Positions 1 to 12,410 are shown, counted from the first letter of the whole stretch. The stretch: DNA of 62,941 nt, filler included, from Collodictyon triciliatum (GCA_043381765.1; 34 parts of 34 records of this genome joined end to end with filler, not necessarily neighbours in it); one strand, 5' to 3'. Notes: generated by a model not told the origin, from the sequence alone. Program-made: numbers and translations.

Positions 1-204
1 AATTTTTTTGCCGCAGCCGGTCGGTCGCCAAGCAGTGTCGAGTATCGAGTCGAGTCGACCTGCAACCGTCGTCTGTAACACGCAACCACTCGCACAAGCA
101 ACGCAACGTGGACTCACGAGTACACCTGCACGCACGAGCATGCTCACACACGTACACACACGAAGTCCGCTTCACGCGCGAGACACATGAGGGCCGATAA
201 CCGC

Positions 205-1283
205 AAAGGCTTTCCACTATGCCGGACTGCGACGACGTCTGCTTCACACAAGACCCACAAAGGATCTCCACTATGCCGAACGTCGACGACGTCTGCTTCA
301 CACACACAAGACCCGCGAAGGCTCTGCACTATGCCGGACTGCGACGAAGTCTGCTTCATACAAGACCCACGAAGGATCTCCACTATGCCGAACGTCGACG
401 AAGTCTGCCTCGCCCAAGACCCACAAAGGATCTCCACTATGCCGAACGTCGACGAAGTCTGCTCCACAAAAGACCCACGAAGGATCTCCACTATGCCGAA
501 CGTCGACGAAGTCTGCTTCACACAAGACCCACAAAGGTGCTCCGCTATGCCGGAATATGACGCAGTCTGCCTCACACAAGACCCGCAAAGGCTGTGCGTT
601 ATGCCGGAATATGACGAAGTCTGCTTCACACAAGACCCACAAAGGCTCTCCACTATGCCGGAATACGACGCAGTCTGCCTCACACAATACCCGAAGGCCC
701 TCCACTATGCCGGAATACGACGCAGTCTGCCTCACACAATACCCGAAGGCTCTCCATTACGCCGGAATACGACGCAGTCTGCTTCACAAGACACACAACC
801 CGCAAAGACTCTCCATTATGCCGGATTACGATGAAATCTGCTTCAGACACACAACCCTCGAAGGCTCTCCACTATGCTGGAATACGACGCAGTCTGCTTC
901 ACACACAAGACCCTCCAAGGCTCTCCACTATGCTGGGATGCGACGCAGTCTGCTCCACACAAGACACACAGAGGCTCTCCACTATGCCGAATACAACGCA
1001 GTCTTCTTCACACACGACACAACCCGCTAAGGCTCTCCACTATGCCGAATACGACGAAGTCTTCTTCACACGACACAACCCGCTAAGGCTCTCCACTATG
1101 CCGAACGTCGACGAAGTCTGCCTCATACAGGACCCGCAAGGGCTCTCCATTATGCCGAATACAACGCAGTCTGATTCACACACACACACAACCCTCGAAG
1201 GCTCTCCACTATGCCGGAATACGACGCAGTCTGCTTTACACGCAACCCTCGAAGGCTCTCTACTATGCCGGAATACGACAACC
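205..1283 (+). repeat. Minisatellite, ~20 copies of a ~54-nt unit (52-59 nt)
   Basis: Core AAGGCTCTCCACTATGCCG(G)AATACGACGCAGTCTGCTTCACAC; the (C/T)TATGC(C/T)G anchor falls at 217, 271, 329, 383, 437, 491, 545, 599, 653, 705, 757, 816, 872, 928, 982, 1040, 1096, 1150, 1209, 1263. Length variation lies in a CA-rich linker. Confidence 0.95.
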
Positions 1284-1762
1284 GTAAGTCCTAAGCAATC
1301 AGATATTTTATTTTACACTTATTCGTATTTTGTTTTTTTTTTCCACACACTTAGTCGATATTTTTATTATAAAATTCATAAAGGTTTATTTATGCATAGA
1401 GCATAAAAATTGAATTTCCCTTGTGTAAATAGTGCAAATTGTGTCCGACTATGGAACATTCGAAGCCATACCCCGTTTATTGAGCAACAAAGTCGAATCG
1501 TGGACACGAGACTCAACATATACCTGTCCATGTGCAGACGCGAAGGACTTCAGGTGAGTATCTCATACACATTTTTTTTATCATTAAGAGAATCTCTTAT
1601 TTTCTCCATTACAATTACAACAATTCGAAATACTTGAGCTTTTTTTTCAGCTTTTCAATAATCAAAGAACCCATAATAAAGTCTCGACAATCCATTTTCC
1701 AATGTGCATTCTCCAGTTTCTGATTGCAGAATTTCGGCCACTCTCCAACCGCAGCGACGCCG

Positions 1763-1862
1763 NNNNNNNNNNNNNNNNNNNNNNNNNNNNNNNNNNNNNN
1801 NNNNNNTTAATTAATTAANNNNNNNNNNNNNNNNNNNNNNNNNNNNNNNNNNNNNNNNNNNN
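1763..1862. other. Artificial contig linker (44 N + TTAATTAATTAA + 44 N); the same linker recurs about every 1.85 kb through the window
   Basis: Identical 100-nt spacer with stop codons in all six frames separates ~1.75 kb contigs. Confidence 0.99.
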
Positions 1863-2814
1863 AAACAACGCATAGCCAATCAAGTCAACGGTGTTCGGCT
1901 TCAGGGGTACAGTCACACAACTCCGTTCACACAACTACACAAAGGCCGAAGTAGATCGACAGAAAGCCTTAATTAATCAACATAGACGCAAAAAGAGGGT
2001 GACGATTAGTATTCTCAACACAAGCAAAACACACTTGGGCGGTTTTTTTAGTTCATTAATTGTTAGGCAGAAATCGCACGAACGAAAGTTTTCTTTTTTT
2101 TCTTTTCTTTATGCTTCTTGCTTCCTCCGTTTGGCTATATATCAAAAGATATAGTTACAAATGAGAAAACCCAAAAAGTGTAATACATCTTCGTTAATAG
2201 AATTATAAGTGAGGTATAAGAAATGATACAGATGGCTTGAGAAACACTTCAATGGATAATATTAGATGAAATAGAAGACACATAACCTTTTTTTCTTTAT
2301 ATGTATGTCCGAAGTGCCAAGTATATAAGCATGCTTTAATTGCTCTGATTTGTTTAGGTTTAATGGCAAGCCTGGTGATGTCGTGAGAAGGTGTGCCCTG
2401 GACGACCATTCATATGATTACTGGACATATAGAAAAGGCTCACTTCATAGCATCTTTTTATGCACAATTTTGTATTGGAATATATTTAACAATTAAAACA
2501 TACCGCATTTTCTTTCAGCGTCATCATGTTTTGTTGAAACATTACGTTTAATTGCATATGCTATTTTAGTTTTTGCTTGAATCATAATCATCGCAGAGTT
2601 TACTTGTTTTCTCTTGAAATTTAATCGCTGAGGGTGAATGGTTTTATTTACCAACATTTTTTAAACTTGAGTACAAAAGCTGACAACATCTTGATGGACA
2701 ACGAAAAGAACTCACGGCCTGAAAAAATTATATTCGTACATATATATTAATTGTAGAAACATACTAAAATGAAAATAAGGATTGAAATATTATGATAAAC
2801 ATACCTATCCCATA

Positions 2815-2918
<104 letters not shown>

Positions 2919-3727
2919 GTCTGTCTGTCTGTCTGTCTTTCTGTCTATCTGTCTAGGATTTTTTTTAAAAAAGAGAATGACACGAGTCGTGCAGCGATTG
3001 CTAATCATGAAAGGGAAACCATTTGTTGTTTCTGTTATAGCAAAAGTCCATGTATTAATTTTGCTTAATTTTTTAATTTTGAAGGCCCTTTTTTAACAAG
3101 ACTAAAAGTATTGAATATGAATCAGAACGAAATAAAGCGTGGTAGAAGATGATAAAAGAGTGTCATCAGATCAATTTAACAATCAGGAAACGAGAGCAAC
3201 TGCCAGAAGCAATCCAAGAAAGCGTAATGAAGTTAAATTAATCGTGTGGAACAAACATGGCTGAATGCAAAATACATATGGTCGCAAGAAAAAGGAAGAA
3301 ATTACGATAGTGCAATAAAATGTGCATAAAATGAAGACACAAGCACATGAAGGTAAAGGAGAAATTTGATGATAAAAAACCACAGCGCTTTATGTGCAAT
3401 TGTTACGGATACAACTTACACAAATGAAAGCTTTGGTCTCTTTTTTCTGGGGATAAGTTCCAATTTAAAGCTCATATTACCACACAATTACGAGGTAAGA
3501 CAGCGATGCTTGCTATGATGGAAAAAATATCGTCAACTATTCCAAGCAAAAGACAAAAAGGTGGCAAGTGGACAGAGGACAACATTGACATGCACCGTTC
3601 AAATGAAGCATAAACACCGACAAATACNNNNNNNNNNNNNNNNNNNNNNNNNNNNNNNNNNNNNNNNNNNNTTAATTAATTAANNNNNNNNNNNNNNNNN
3701 NNNNNNNNNNNNNNNNNNNNNNNNNNN

Positions 3728-4148
3728 TGTTATTTTTTATGTTATTTTTTATGTTATTTTTTATGTTATTTTTTATGTTATTTTTTATGTTATTTTTTAT
3801 GTTATTTTTTATGTTATTTTTTATGTTATTTTTTATGTTATTTCTTATGTTATTTCTTATGTTATTTCTTACGTTATTTCTTACGTTATTTCTTATGTTA
3901 TTTCTTATGTTATTTCTTATGTTATTTGTTTTGTCATTTATTTTAATTATTTTAATTATTTTAATTATTTTAATTATTTTAATTATTTTAATTATTTTAA
4001 TTATTTTAATTATTTTAATTCACTTTACTTCACTTTACTTCCTATTCCTTCATTTTACTTCATTTTACTTCATTTTACTTCATTTTACTTCATTTTACTT
4101 CATTTTACTTCATTTTACTTCATTTTACTTCATTTTACTTCATTTTAT
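3728..4148 (+). repeat. Compound AT-rich simple repeats (TTATGTTATTTT, TTTTAATTA, TTTTACTTCA)
   Basis: Three successive tandem motifs of 12, 9 and 10 nt. Confidence 0.93.
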
Positions 4149-4378
4149 TATATGTCATGATTATTTACTTTTTTCTTCGTTTTTCAAATGTCTCTTTATC
4201 ACCAATCAAATTTTTGACTCAATCTTAGATAGCCAATCTGAGAGCCTCTGCCATAAAAAAGGCATCGTCAGATGAGCCTTATTACTCTAATCAGGGAAAC
4301 ACTCTGAGGGATTTTATCACACTAGGCAAAAAGGTGAATATTAGACCAAATTCATCCCATTACAAACCTCTCATCATA

Positions 4379-5359
4379 ATGTCTTACACGAATTGTCAAC
4401 ACATCATACTACGTCCTCTGGAACATGTGGAAATGTTCGAAATACCGGTGATTCGTTTGGATCTTCCCGGTACAGAGATTGACGTTAATCCAAGAAAGAA
4501 GCATCCTCGCATAGTCCTGACAGGATTGTCTCCTTTTGAACGAAATCTATCGACCATCGGCAAGCCTCGTCGGTGCACTGGTCAAATAGGGTATGACGAG
4601 GGTTGCTTCTGGTTCCCTATGGGAATGGCTGTTCACCCCCTTAATGGTTGTATATATGTAGCAGATTGCAGCAATAATCGTGTCGTTGTCATGAGTCTGG
4701 ATCTTCAATACATCAATTCATTTGGTGAAGAGGTACAAAGCATAACCCCACTGAGGGAGGTTACCGACTTGGCAATATCACCTGATGGCACTTTAATCGC
4801 AGTAGCTAATTACGGACACGGGAATATTCAACTGTTTGATGGGCGACATAAATTGATTAAAGTATTTACTTACCTCCCTCCAAAATCAAGGGACGATTAT
4901 TATCCCTCCTGTGTCTGTTTTGACAAGGAGAATAACGTTTATGTTTCCATGGTCCCGAGCTCAGTTGTAAAATTTTCACCTGCAGGTGAGGTTCTTCAAA
5001 CTTTTGGTGATAGAATGTCATCCCATCCTATTATCGATTCCAAGGGAGTCATGGTTGATGATCGGTTGAATGTCTACGTCCTTGCTAGCCCTGCCTCACG
5101 GGTGCATGTTTACGCACCAGATGGCAACTTCATCAGATTTATCCCTATCGATAGCGTGCGTGAAGGACCAAATTTTCTTTTATATTCTAGAAAAGATTTT
5201 TTTTGTGTGTCAGATACAAATAGCAACTCTGTGAAATTCTATGATATGGAAGGCAAAAAACTCCACACATTGAATATATCAAGCCCTACTGGTATTGGCT
5301 ATGTGTTTGACAAGTTTTACGTTATTAGCCAAGAAGATTGCATTCTCTATGAGTTTTGA
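4379..5359 (+). CDS. NHL-repeat (6-bladed beta-propeller) protein, intronless
   Basis: Typical NHL motifs FWFPMGMAVHPLNGCIYVADCSNNRVVV, DLAISPDGTLIAVANYGHGNIQLFD, CVSDTNSNSVKFYD. First ATG at 4379, TGA at 5357-5359. Confidence 0.8.
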   Translation: MSYTNCQHIILRPLEHVEMFEIPVIRLDLPGTEIDVNPRKKHPRIVLTGLSPFERNLSTIGKPRRCTGQIGYDEGCFWFPMGMAVHPLNGCIYVADCSNNRVVVMSLDLQYINSFGEEVQSITPLREVTDLAISPDGTLIAVANYGHGNIQLFDGRHKLIKVFTYLPPKSRDDYYPSCVCFDKENNVYVSMVPSSVVKFSPAGEVLQTFGDRMSSHPIIDSKGVMVDDRLNVYVLASPASRVHVYAPDGNFIRFIPIDSVREGPNFLLYSRKDFFCVSDTNSNSVKFYDMEGKKLHTLNISSPTGIGYVFDKFYVISQEDCILYEF

Positions 5360-5673
5360 GGCCACCATTAATATCAGTCCGTGATTGTTTTTGTTTTGTT
5401 TTGTTTTGTTTTGTTTTGTTTTGTTTGTTTGTTTGTTTGTTTGTTTGTTTGTTTGTTTGTTTGTTTGTTTGTTTGTTTGTTTGTTTGNNNNNNNNNNNNN
5501 NNNNNNNNNNNNNNNNNNNNNNNNNNNNNNNTTAATTAATTAANNNNNNNNNNNNNNNNNNNNNNNNNNNNNNNNNNNNNNNNNNNNATATTTAAAATTT
5601 CTTTTTTTTTTTTTTGGATTTGTTTTTTTTTTGTTTGTTTTTTTTTTTTTTTTTTTTTTGGATGGAAAAGGCT

Positions 5674-6716
5674 TTATTTCTTGTTTCTTTGGGTAATTGT
5701 CTTCAGCAGTCGAGCCTCAGCCTCTGCAGCGGAGTTTTTGTGACTGACAAGTTCAATATTGTCCTTCTCAGATGCCAAAGCCTGCATCGGATTAGTCATG
5801 GCCGCCATGTTTGCACCCATGTTCATTTGCTGTTGCATCATTTGGACGTCGTCAAAATCAGCTGGATTTCGCGGACAGAGAAAGCGAAAGGCGAATATTG
5901 AAACGAGGGTTAGTGATGCTGTATCGTTATTTTCTGGGGGAGCAAAATCCTCTTCCATTTATGAGTGCTGAATAACCCATCCATATCGAAACCCTCGGAT
6001 TTTAGAGATTTCCACAAGACACGAGCCACTTTGTTATTTTCTTCAATACATGCATAAAAAGAAATACAAGAAAGCATGTTTGAATAGAAAAAGATGGTAA
6101 GTGAATGGAATCAAACCAGCTTCTCCCAAAATTATAGAAAAGACTCCACGAAGGCCGAGGAAGTTGAGTAGGTACCAGGACATCGACGATACATAACTGA
6201 TATCGAGGTTGTTTAAATCCACACTTCTTTGAAGCATGGAGCGGAAGCTCTGGGTCAACGAGAAAGGAAGCTTGACTGAAAAACAATGGAGATGTTAGCC
6301 ACTCTGCTATTTCATTGGAACAATTTGAGGAAAAAGAAGGTATGATGAAGGGGATTGGTGTCGAAGTGCAATATTGATTTCGGTTGGACACACTCGCATA
6401 ATAGCAACAACCATCTAATAGATTTACTGCTATATAATTTTGACTCTTGCACGCACCAACGACAAAGCCCGAAAAGATAAACGATATGACGCCCATCAGA
6501 AGCATGTTTGGCAGGATGCCGGTAACAGAGCGATTCATCTGCCCCATCATCATGTCCGGGTTGGAGAAAACATTGACTGGGCCCTGCGGGATTCCGTCGG
6601 TTTGACTCAAAACGCCGTTATCGGCATGATTGAAGTGTTGCTTGCGCTTCTCAAAGCTTTCCTTTGGGATGAATGCCGCATTGGTGCGAAGGCGTGATGA
6701 TCTTTGGAGAATTTGT
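5674..6716 (-). CDS. EMC3: ER membrane protein complex subunit 3 (DUF106), spliced, 5' partial
   Basis: GT-AG spliced exons give QILQRSSRLRTNAAFIPKESFEKRK...SFIFSGFVV/VKLPFSLTQSFRSMLQRSVDLNNLDISYVSSMSWYLLNFLGLRGVFSIILGE/ADFDD...NPMQALASEKDNIELVSH, the conserved EMC3 pattern. Intron 6456-6276 is GT..AG. Confidence 0.93.
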
Positions 6717-7452
6717 CTGATGTTTTGGGCGATATTCATGTTCAATTGTTTGGCCGTGGAAAAGAGGGAAAGTGTTCCACACGATTAATAAAAAGACGAA
6801 GGGTAAACATGAAACACAATGTGGTACGCAATCGGGTAAAAAAAAAAAAATAAAAAATAAAAAAAAATACACAACCCTGGAAGGGTTGGATGGTATATAA
6901 AGGAATATTTGGGCGATGTCCTGAAAAGACAGCAAATGACACTTAAGATTGCAGAATCTCGCGTCCATCATGATTGTGAAAGAATAAGAAAATTTTTTAA
7001 AGAAAGCAAGCATACTCAACATAGTCTTATTATCTATGAATATTAATAACATAAATAAAACAAAATAAATAAAACAAAATAAATAAAACAAAATAAATAA
7101 AACAAAATAAATAAAACAAAATAAATAAAACAAAATAAATAAAGCAAAATAAATAAAAATAAATAAATAAAAATAAAATAAATAAAAATAAATAAAAATA
7201 AATAAAAATAAATAAAAATAAATAAAAATAAATAAAAATAAATAAAAATAAATAAAAATAAATAAAAATAAATAAAAATAAAATAATATAATGTACAATA
7301 ATAAAATATAAAAATGTGTGAATATAGTTATCTCCACGAGGGACATTNNNNNNNNNNNNNNNNNNNNNNNNNNNNNNNNNNNNNNNNNNNNTTAATTAAT
7401 TAANNNNNNNNNNNNNNNNNNNNNNNNNNNNNNNNNNNNNNNNNNNNTATTT

Positions 7453-7488
<36 letters not shown>

Positions 7489-8183
7489 CCATTTCTTTTC
7501 AATTTCTTTTTTCTTTTTTCTTTTTTCTTTTTTCTTTTTTCTTTTTTCTTTTTTCTTTTTTCTTTTTTATTTTTTCTTTTTTATTTTTTCTTTTTTATTT
7601 TTTCTTTTTTATTTTTCTTAGTAATTTATCATCCGGTTCAGAATACCAGTTGAGAATGGCGTCTTAATTTTGCATAGACAAGGGAAAAAACTAGAATAGG
7701 TGGTGGGACAGTAGCAATGCTGAGCGTATGTGAAACTCTCATATCAATATCGTATTATCTGCATATCATGCATGGCTGTAAGTTGTATTTGACTGTGTTG
7801 CATGTAATGAAGGGTAAAAGGAGTGTCGTTTGGTATTAAACTATCTATTTATTGTAATCTGAGGTAATCAAGCGAAAAGCTGAATAGAAGAGTTGATGTA
7901 GATGTTGGTGCTCTAGATTATGTGAGAGTTTGCAGGCATTTTCTTTCTTTTCTTTGCCCCTTGGTTGTTGTCAGCGGCAGAATAAAATAGTGTGAATAGA
8001 GAATCCCCTTTTGAAGCTACATCTTTCCTGTCAAGAGATGAAAGCCAGAGATAGAAAGGAGGAGGAGGAAGAGGGCTTCAAAGCCTGCTGAATGCAAGCA
8101 TCTATGGAAATCCATGCACAGACTGCGAATAATGATCTGATTTGGTAGAGGTTCAACATCAGCCCACACAAACAAGCTGCTGC

Positions 8184-8951
8184 TCACCGCCAAGCCACAG
8201 TCTGGTCCTTGTGCCGGGCATGCAACTCAGTGGAGTCATCATAGTAGCAAAAGATGAATGTGGTGAGCGGAATGAGAGACACAAAAATCACCACCACGAG
8301 CATTGTGTATGCATCTTGCTCACCAACGACCTCCTCCACTTCACCGCACTCGCCCATGGCATCCTTGAGCGGCTTCACGGCCAAATCTGACCAGCTGCTG
8401 AACGCACCAATCGTAAAGATGCTGACAAGAAACCAGCCAAAAGCCAGAATCTTGCGAATGGCCTTAATATTGTCGAGATAGAACGGAAGTGCAACAATCA
8501 GAGCAAAGCAAGCAATCGTCATCAACGCTGCAAATGACCAGAGGAAGGTTGCCAGAATCCCACCAAGCTGCGCGTCAGCACAATGAGATGCAGTATCGGC
8601 ACAATCTGCATATTCGCCGTCGCTCACGCACATGGCATCCAGTTCTGCGCAGCCCGCACAGCAACCGAGAACTTGGAAGCGCAACAGCCAGAAGGAAAGG
8701 GTGGCGGATTCAACCGAGTCGGCACCAGAAATATCAGAAAGACCGCTGCTTTCGGTAAACACTGGAAAACATGTCACGCGAAGGACAAGCCACTTGCCGA
8801 AGGGGAGGTACACGAGGCTTCCGAGGATGCCCAGTGTGGATACAAGAAGAGCGGCTTTGAGGCTGTTCAGGTGCACCCGTGCTCGGTCAAAGTCCAGCAC
8901 TTCGTCGAGATACTCGCGTGTCCGCAGGAGGGTGCGTTGCATATGCCGCAT
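8184..8951 (-). CDS. Four-TM membrane protein with a Cys-rich first loop (claudin/amastin-like topology)
   Basis: 255-aa ORF with four hydrophobic segments and a Cys cluster (GCCAGC..C..C..C) between TM1 and TM2; may have a further upstream exon. Confidence 0.5.
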   Translation of the reverse strand: MRHMQRTLLRTREYLDEVLDFDRARVHLNSLKAALLVSTLGILGSLVYLPFGKWLVLRVTCFPVFTESSGLSDISGADSVESATLSFWLLRFQVLGCCAGCAELDAMCVSDGEYADCADTASHCADAQLGGILATFLWSFAALMTIACFALIVALPFYLDNIKAIRKILAFGWFLVSIFTIGAFSSWSDLAVKPLKDAMGECGEVEEVVGEQDAYTMLVVVIFVSLIPLTTFIFCYYDDSTELHARHKDQTVAWR

Positions 8952-8994
8952 CTCGGTCTTACAACTGAATTCTTTACATTTTGCATTTGTTTCG

Positions 8995-9207
8995 TTTTTA
9001 TAGGGTTTTTATAGGGTTTTTATAGGGTTTTTATAGGGTTTTTATAGGGTTTTTATAGGGTTTTTATAGGGTTTTTATAGGGTTTTTATAGGGTTTTTAT
9101 AGGGTTTTTATAGGCTTTTTATAGGCTTTTTATAGGGTTTTTATAGGGTTTTTATAGGGTTTTTATAGGGTTTTTATAGGGTTTTTATAGGGTTTTTATA
9201 GGGTTTT
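8995..9207 (+). repeat. (TTTTTATAGGG)n tandem repeat, ~19 copies, running to the contig end
   Basis: 11-nt unit, two copies carry the TAGGC variant. Confidence 0.95.
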
Positions 9208-9325
9208 NNNNNNNNNNNNNNNNNNNNNNNNNNNNNNNNNNNNNNNNNNNNTTAATTAATTAANNNNNNNNNNNNNNNNNNNNNNNNNNNNNNNNNNNNN
9301 NNNNNNNAAAAAAAAAAGATGAAAA

Positions 9326-9399
<74 letters not shown>

Positions 9400-10971
9400 A
9401 CTGTTTGCCCTTTGTCATTTACCCTGTTCATATTTCATTATATGCATCTTTGAGGCGCGTAGGATGATGATTCAATACTTTTTTCCATCCCAAGAGCATC
9501 ATCAAACGACCTAAAGAGGGACTTAAAGTTAGTAAATTATATATTTTACTCGAAACTTACCATGCGCACTTATCTCGTCCCTTGTACGGCATAACCTTGT
9601 CCCATTTTGAATCGAATTAAGCGAGAAAAAAAAAATCATCGAAACATGTTGTGGTGATCATGTATTCACCTTTCTTTTTATTTTTTTTCTTGATAATTTT
9701 TTCCTCGCTTTTCTTTCCTCGCTTTATACTAATTGAATCGTAAATCACAGAGATGGTGATGAAGAATTTACTGTTTCTTCTCGAGGAAGAAAAGTATGTG
9801 ACTCAATTAAAATATGATTTCTTCCTTTGAACTCTGATTTGTTTCTTTGTTTTTACTTAAAAACTAATATCATGATAGTACTATACTTTCTAACAGCATT
9901 TTCTATTGATTTCAATTTTAGGTTAGGAAGCTATCATATCTTCTTGAACCCCACATTTCGATTCATAGCGTTGTGTACGAAAACGAATTGGGTCTGCATT
10001 AATTTCCATCCATAAATCTGCATATTTCTTAAGTTTTTCTCAAACACCCAACCAGGGCAAGTCTTTCATTTGGATTATTCTTTGATAAATACCTTAGATC
10101 TCATCGTTGTTTCCAGTGGTGGCTATGCTTACATATTGAAGAATTTTAATGGAGAGCTTCTCAGGAAAGTGAAGTTGATAAGATGGTAATTATTTCTACT
10201 CCATAGCACGCATGCTCTTTATCTTTTTTAACTCGGTCATTAAAATAATTTGGATTTTATTTTGAAATCGATTGATGCAAAATACGAATAGGAACGAAGA
10301 CTCGGATAATACTGTCATCTTGGACAGGAACATTCTTTATCATTTGCATCACCACAATTCAAGCAAGTATGAACCCTAGATGATATACACGAAGATAATC
10401 AATCTCTCAATTCTGCTACCTCAGGAAGGATTATGTGCTCTTTTCATTATTTAGTAACCATAACCCATACCTACTTTACATTAGATTCATGTGTGACATC
10501 TACAAGCTTCTAAGTGAAAAATAAAATAAGAGAACTATTCAAAATTTTAAAACTACTCGTATTTTCAGCTTCTCATTGAAAAAGAATGTATATGCAATTT
10601 CTTACAAAAGCATATATGTATATATTCTATGAATTAACATGCTTTTAATAAAAATAACAGAGTTAGAATACCCCACAACGCTCGTTACGAATTTAGAGAT
10701 TGAAATATTTCGTGTAGTGGGATTGCAAAGAATATGTACAATATCGCCTTTCTTTTATTTGATTAACTAATTAATTTTCTTTCCCCAGCCAAAGCAGAAA
10801 GAAAATTTTACAAAACATGCAATATCCCTATTTGATGCGAAATCAATAATTATTTATTTAAAAGAAATTGATCAGATATGTTCTCTCCATTGTGCAGTCT
10901 TATGAAACCCAATTTTTTCTTGTTTTCTTTATGATTCATATCCATTCCCTAAATTTCTATCAGCTGTCTGA

Positions 10972-11067
10972 ACACATACATACATACATACATACATACA
11001 TACATACATACATACATACATACATACATACATACATACATACATACATACATACATACATACATAC
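10972..11067 (+). repeat. (ACAT)n microsatellite
   Basis: Perfect run at the contig end. Confidence 0.97.
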
Positions 11068-11167
11068 NNNNNNNNNNNNNNNNNNNNNNNNNNNNNNNNN
11101 NNNNNNNNNNNTTAATTAATTAANNNNNNNNNNNNNNNNNNNNNNNNNNNNNNNNNNNNNNNNNNNN

Positions 11168-12410
11168 GGTTTTTTTATTGGTTTTTTTATTGGTTTTTTT
11201 ATTGGTTTTTTTATTGGTTTTTTTATTGGTTTTTTTATTGGTTTTTTTATTGGTTTTTTTATTGGTTTTTGTGTTAATCCTGAACCCGTTATTTCTAATT
11301 GCGGAAATTATGCAGTTCTTCTCAGAAGTCGACAAGGTCGATGGGAAAGATTATGGTTGCTGCAGAAAACAGATCGCGGTATATTCCGACGCATACTTTA
11401 GTGGTAGTGTTAAAGCAATAAGTTTATGGTCGGTAACTTCTGAACTATTTGCAAACACGTGATTGTTCGCCTGTGACACCGTCTCCACCACGCCTGACCA
11501 AGATTAGCGAGTGCTTGAATTGAAATCCATTCTATTCCATTTGCCTTTCATGAGAAAAGGGAGCCTTATTCCCGCGTGAACTGACCAACCGATTGATGAA
11601 GTTCCATATACTCTTCTGCTCATGCGGGAGGCTGACATATGAGGAGATGCGCTGCTCTTGGGTCTTGCGATGTGCGGGCTTGTCCAGTGTTGGCGGTGGA
11701 GGGCTCGAGTGTGAGGATTCTGAAGAGGAACCGATATTTGCTTCCATGTCATCGTCGCTGTCGCTGTATGCGCGTATCTGCTGTGAGTCTTGTGACTCTG
11801 TTGTTGCCTGTCCTTGGCTTCCTTGACCCCGTTGCTGCTTGTCTGCTTGGCAGGTGTATTCTTTTTGCGGGGCTTTTACTTGTCGTTCATTGTTCGAGGC
11901 TGGCGGACGCTCTTTGAGGATGCGCTTTGGACACTTCTTGCCCATGACCGTAAAATTTGCAGGGAGCTGGTTCTTGTGACAAAGAAGCTTCACCACGGCC
12001 GTGTCTGTGAAGAAGCCTTTGTCCTTTTTTGATGCCCACGTGGGCCGGTCTGAACGGCTTCAGCCCCTCACGAAGGAGTTGTGGCCACACATCCAGCGGT
12101 AGTTGTTGGAACATCATCGAGGTCTCTGTTGGTTTACTTCTGCTGAAGCTGCTCGAATATCATCAAACTTACCTGCTTCAGCTTCATGAGCTTTCGGGCG
12201 TTTTCTGCAGTGCGGAAGGCAATCAGGCAAAGGCCTTCGCTGTCCGGTAAGCGCAGTTGGACGGTCTCTTCCCAAAGTTTGTTCGCTTTCAAGAAGGAGG
12301 CGAGCGCATCTGTGATTCTGCAGGCCTTGTTCTTGTTGTAAGCGACTTGCTCGACCCCGTTCAAAAATAATGTCCACTCAGAATGACTTGCAGGCGTATT
12401 TCTTCCATAG
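11168..12410 (-). mobile_element. Decayed non-LTR retrotransposon fragment (ORF1-like piece, possible APE C-terminal remnant, A-rich tail)
   Basis: Broken ORF starting MEEIRLQVILSGHYF with frameshifts and stops; 11643-12103 is homologous to 54861-55319; remnant VTDHKLIALTL resembles the APE SDH motif; (AATAAAAAAACC)n tail at 11168-11270. Confidence 0.65.

Noticed and set aside
205-1283. CRISPR array
   Set aside because: The variable parts are only ~8-15 nt, CA-rich and related to each other rather than unique spacers; the repeats are degenerate; no cas gene; eukaryotic splice signals adjoin.
1807-1818. TTAATTAATTAA as a recurring biological motif
   Set aside because: Always centred in N runs; it is a six-frame-stop assembly linker.
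3739-4275. Long hydrophobic ORFs such as MLFFMLFF.., poly-L (44562), poly-N/poly-Y (15571, 15710, 59294), KMKMKM (48381), YFYLFLFI (6651)
   Set aside because: Translations of microsatellites that happen to lack stops.
6899-6909. Possible U12-type (AT-AC) donor ATATTCCTTT in EMC3
   Set aside because: Differs from the ATATCCTT consensus, no CCTTAAC branch site near the acceptor, and a phase-compatible GT donor exists nearby; upstream exon structure left unresolved.
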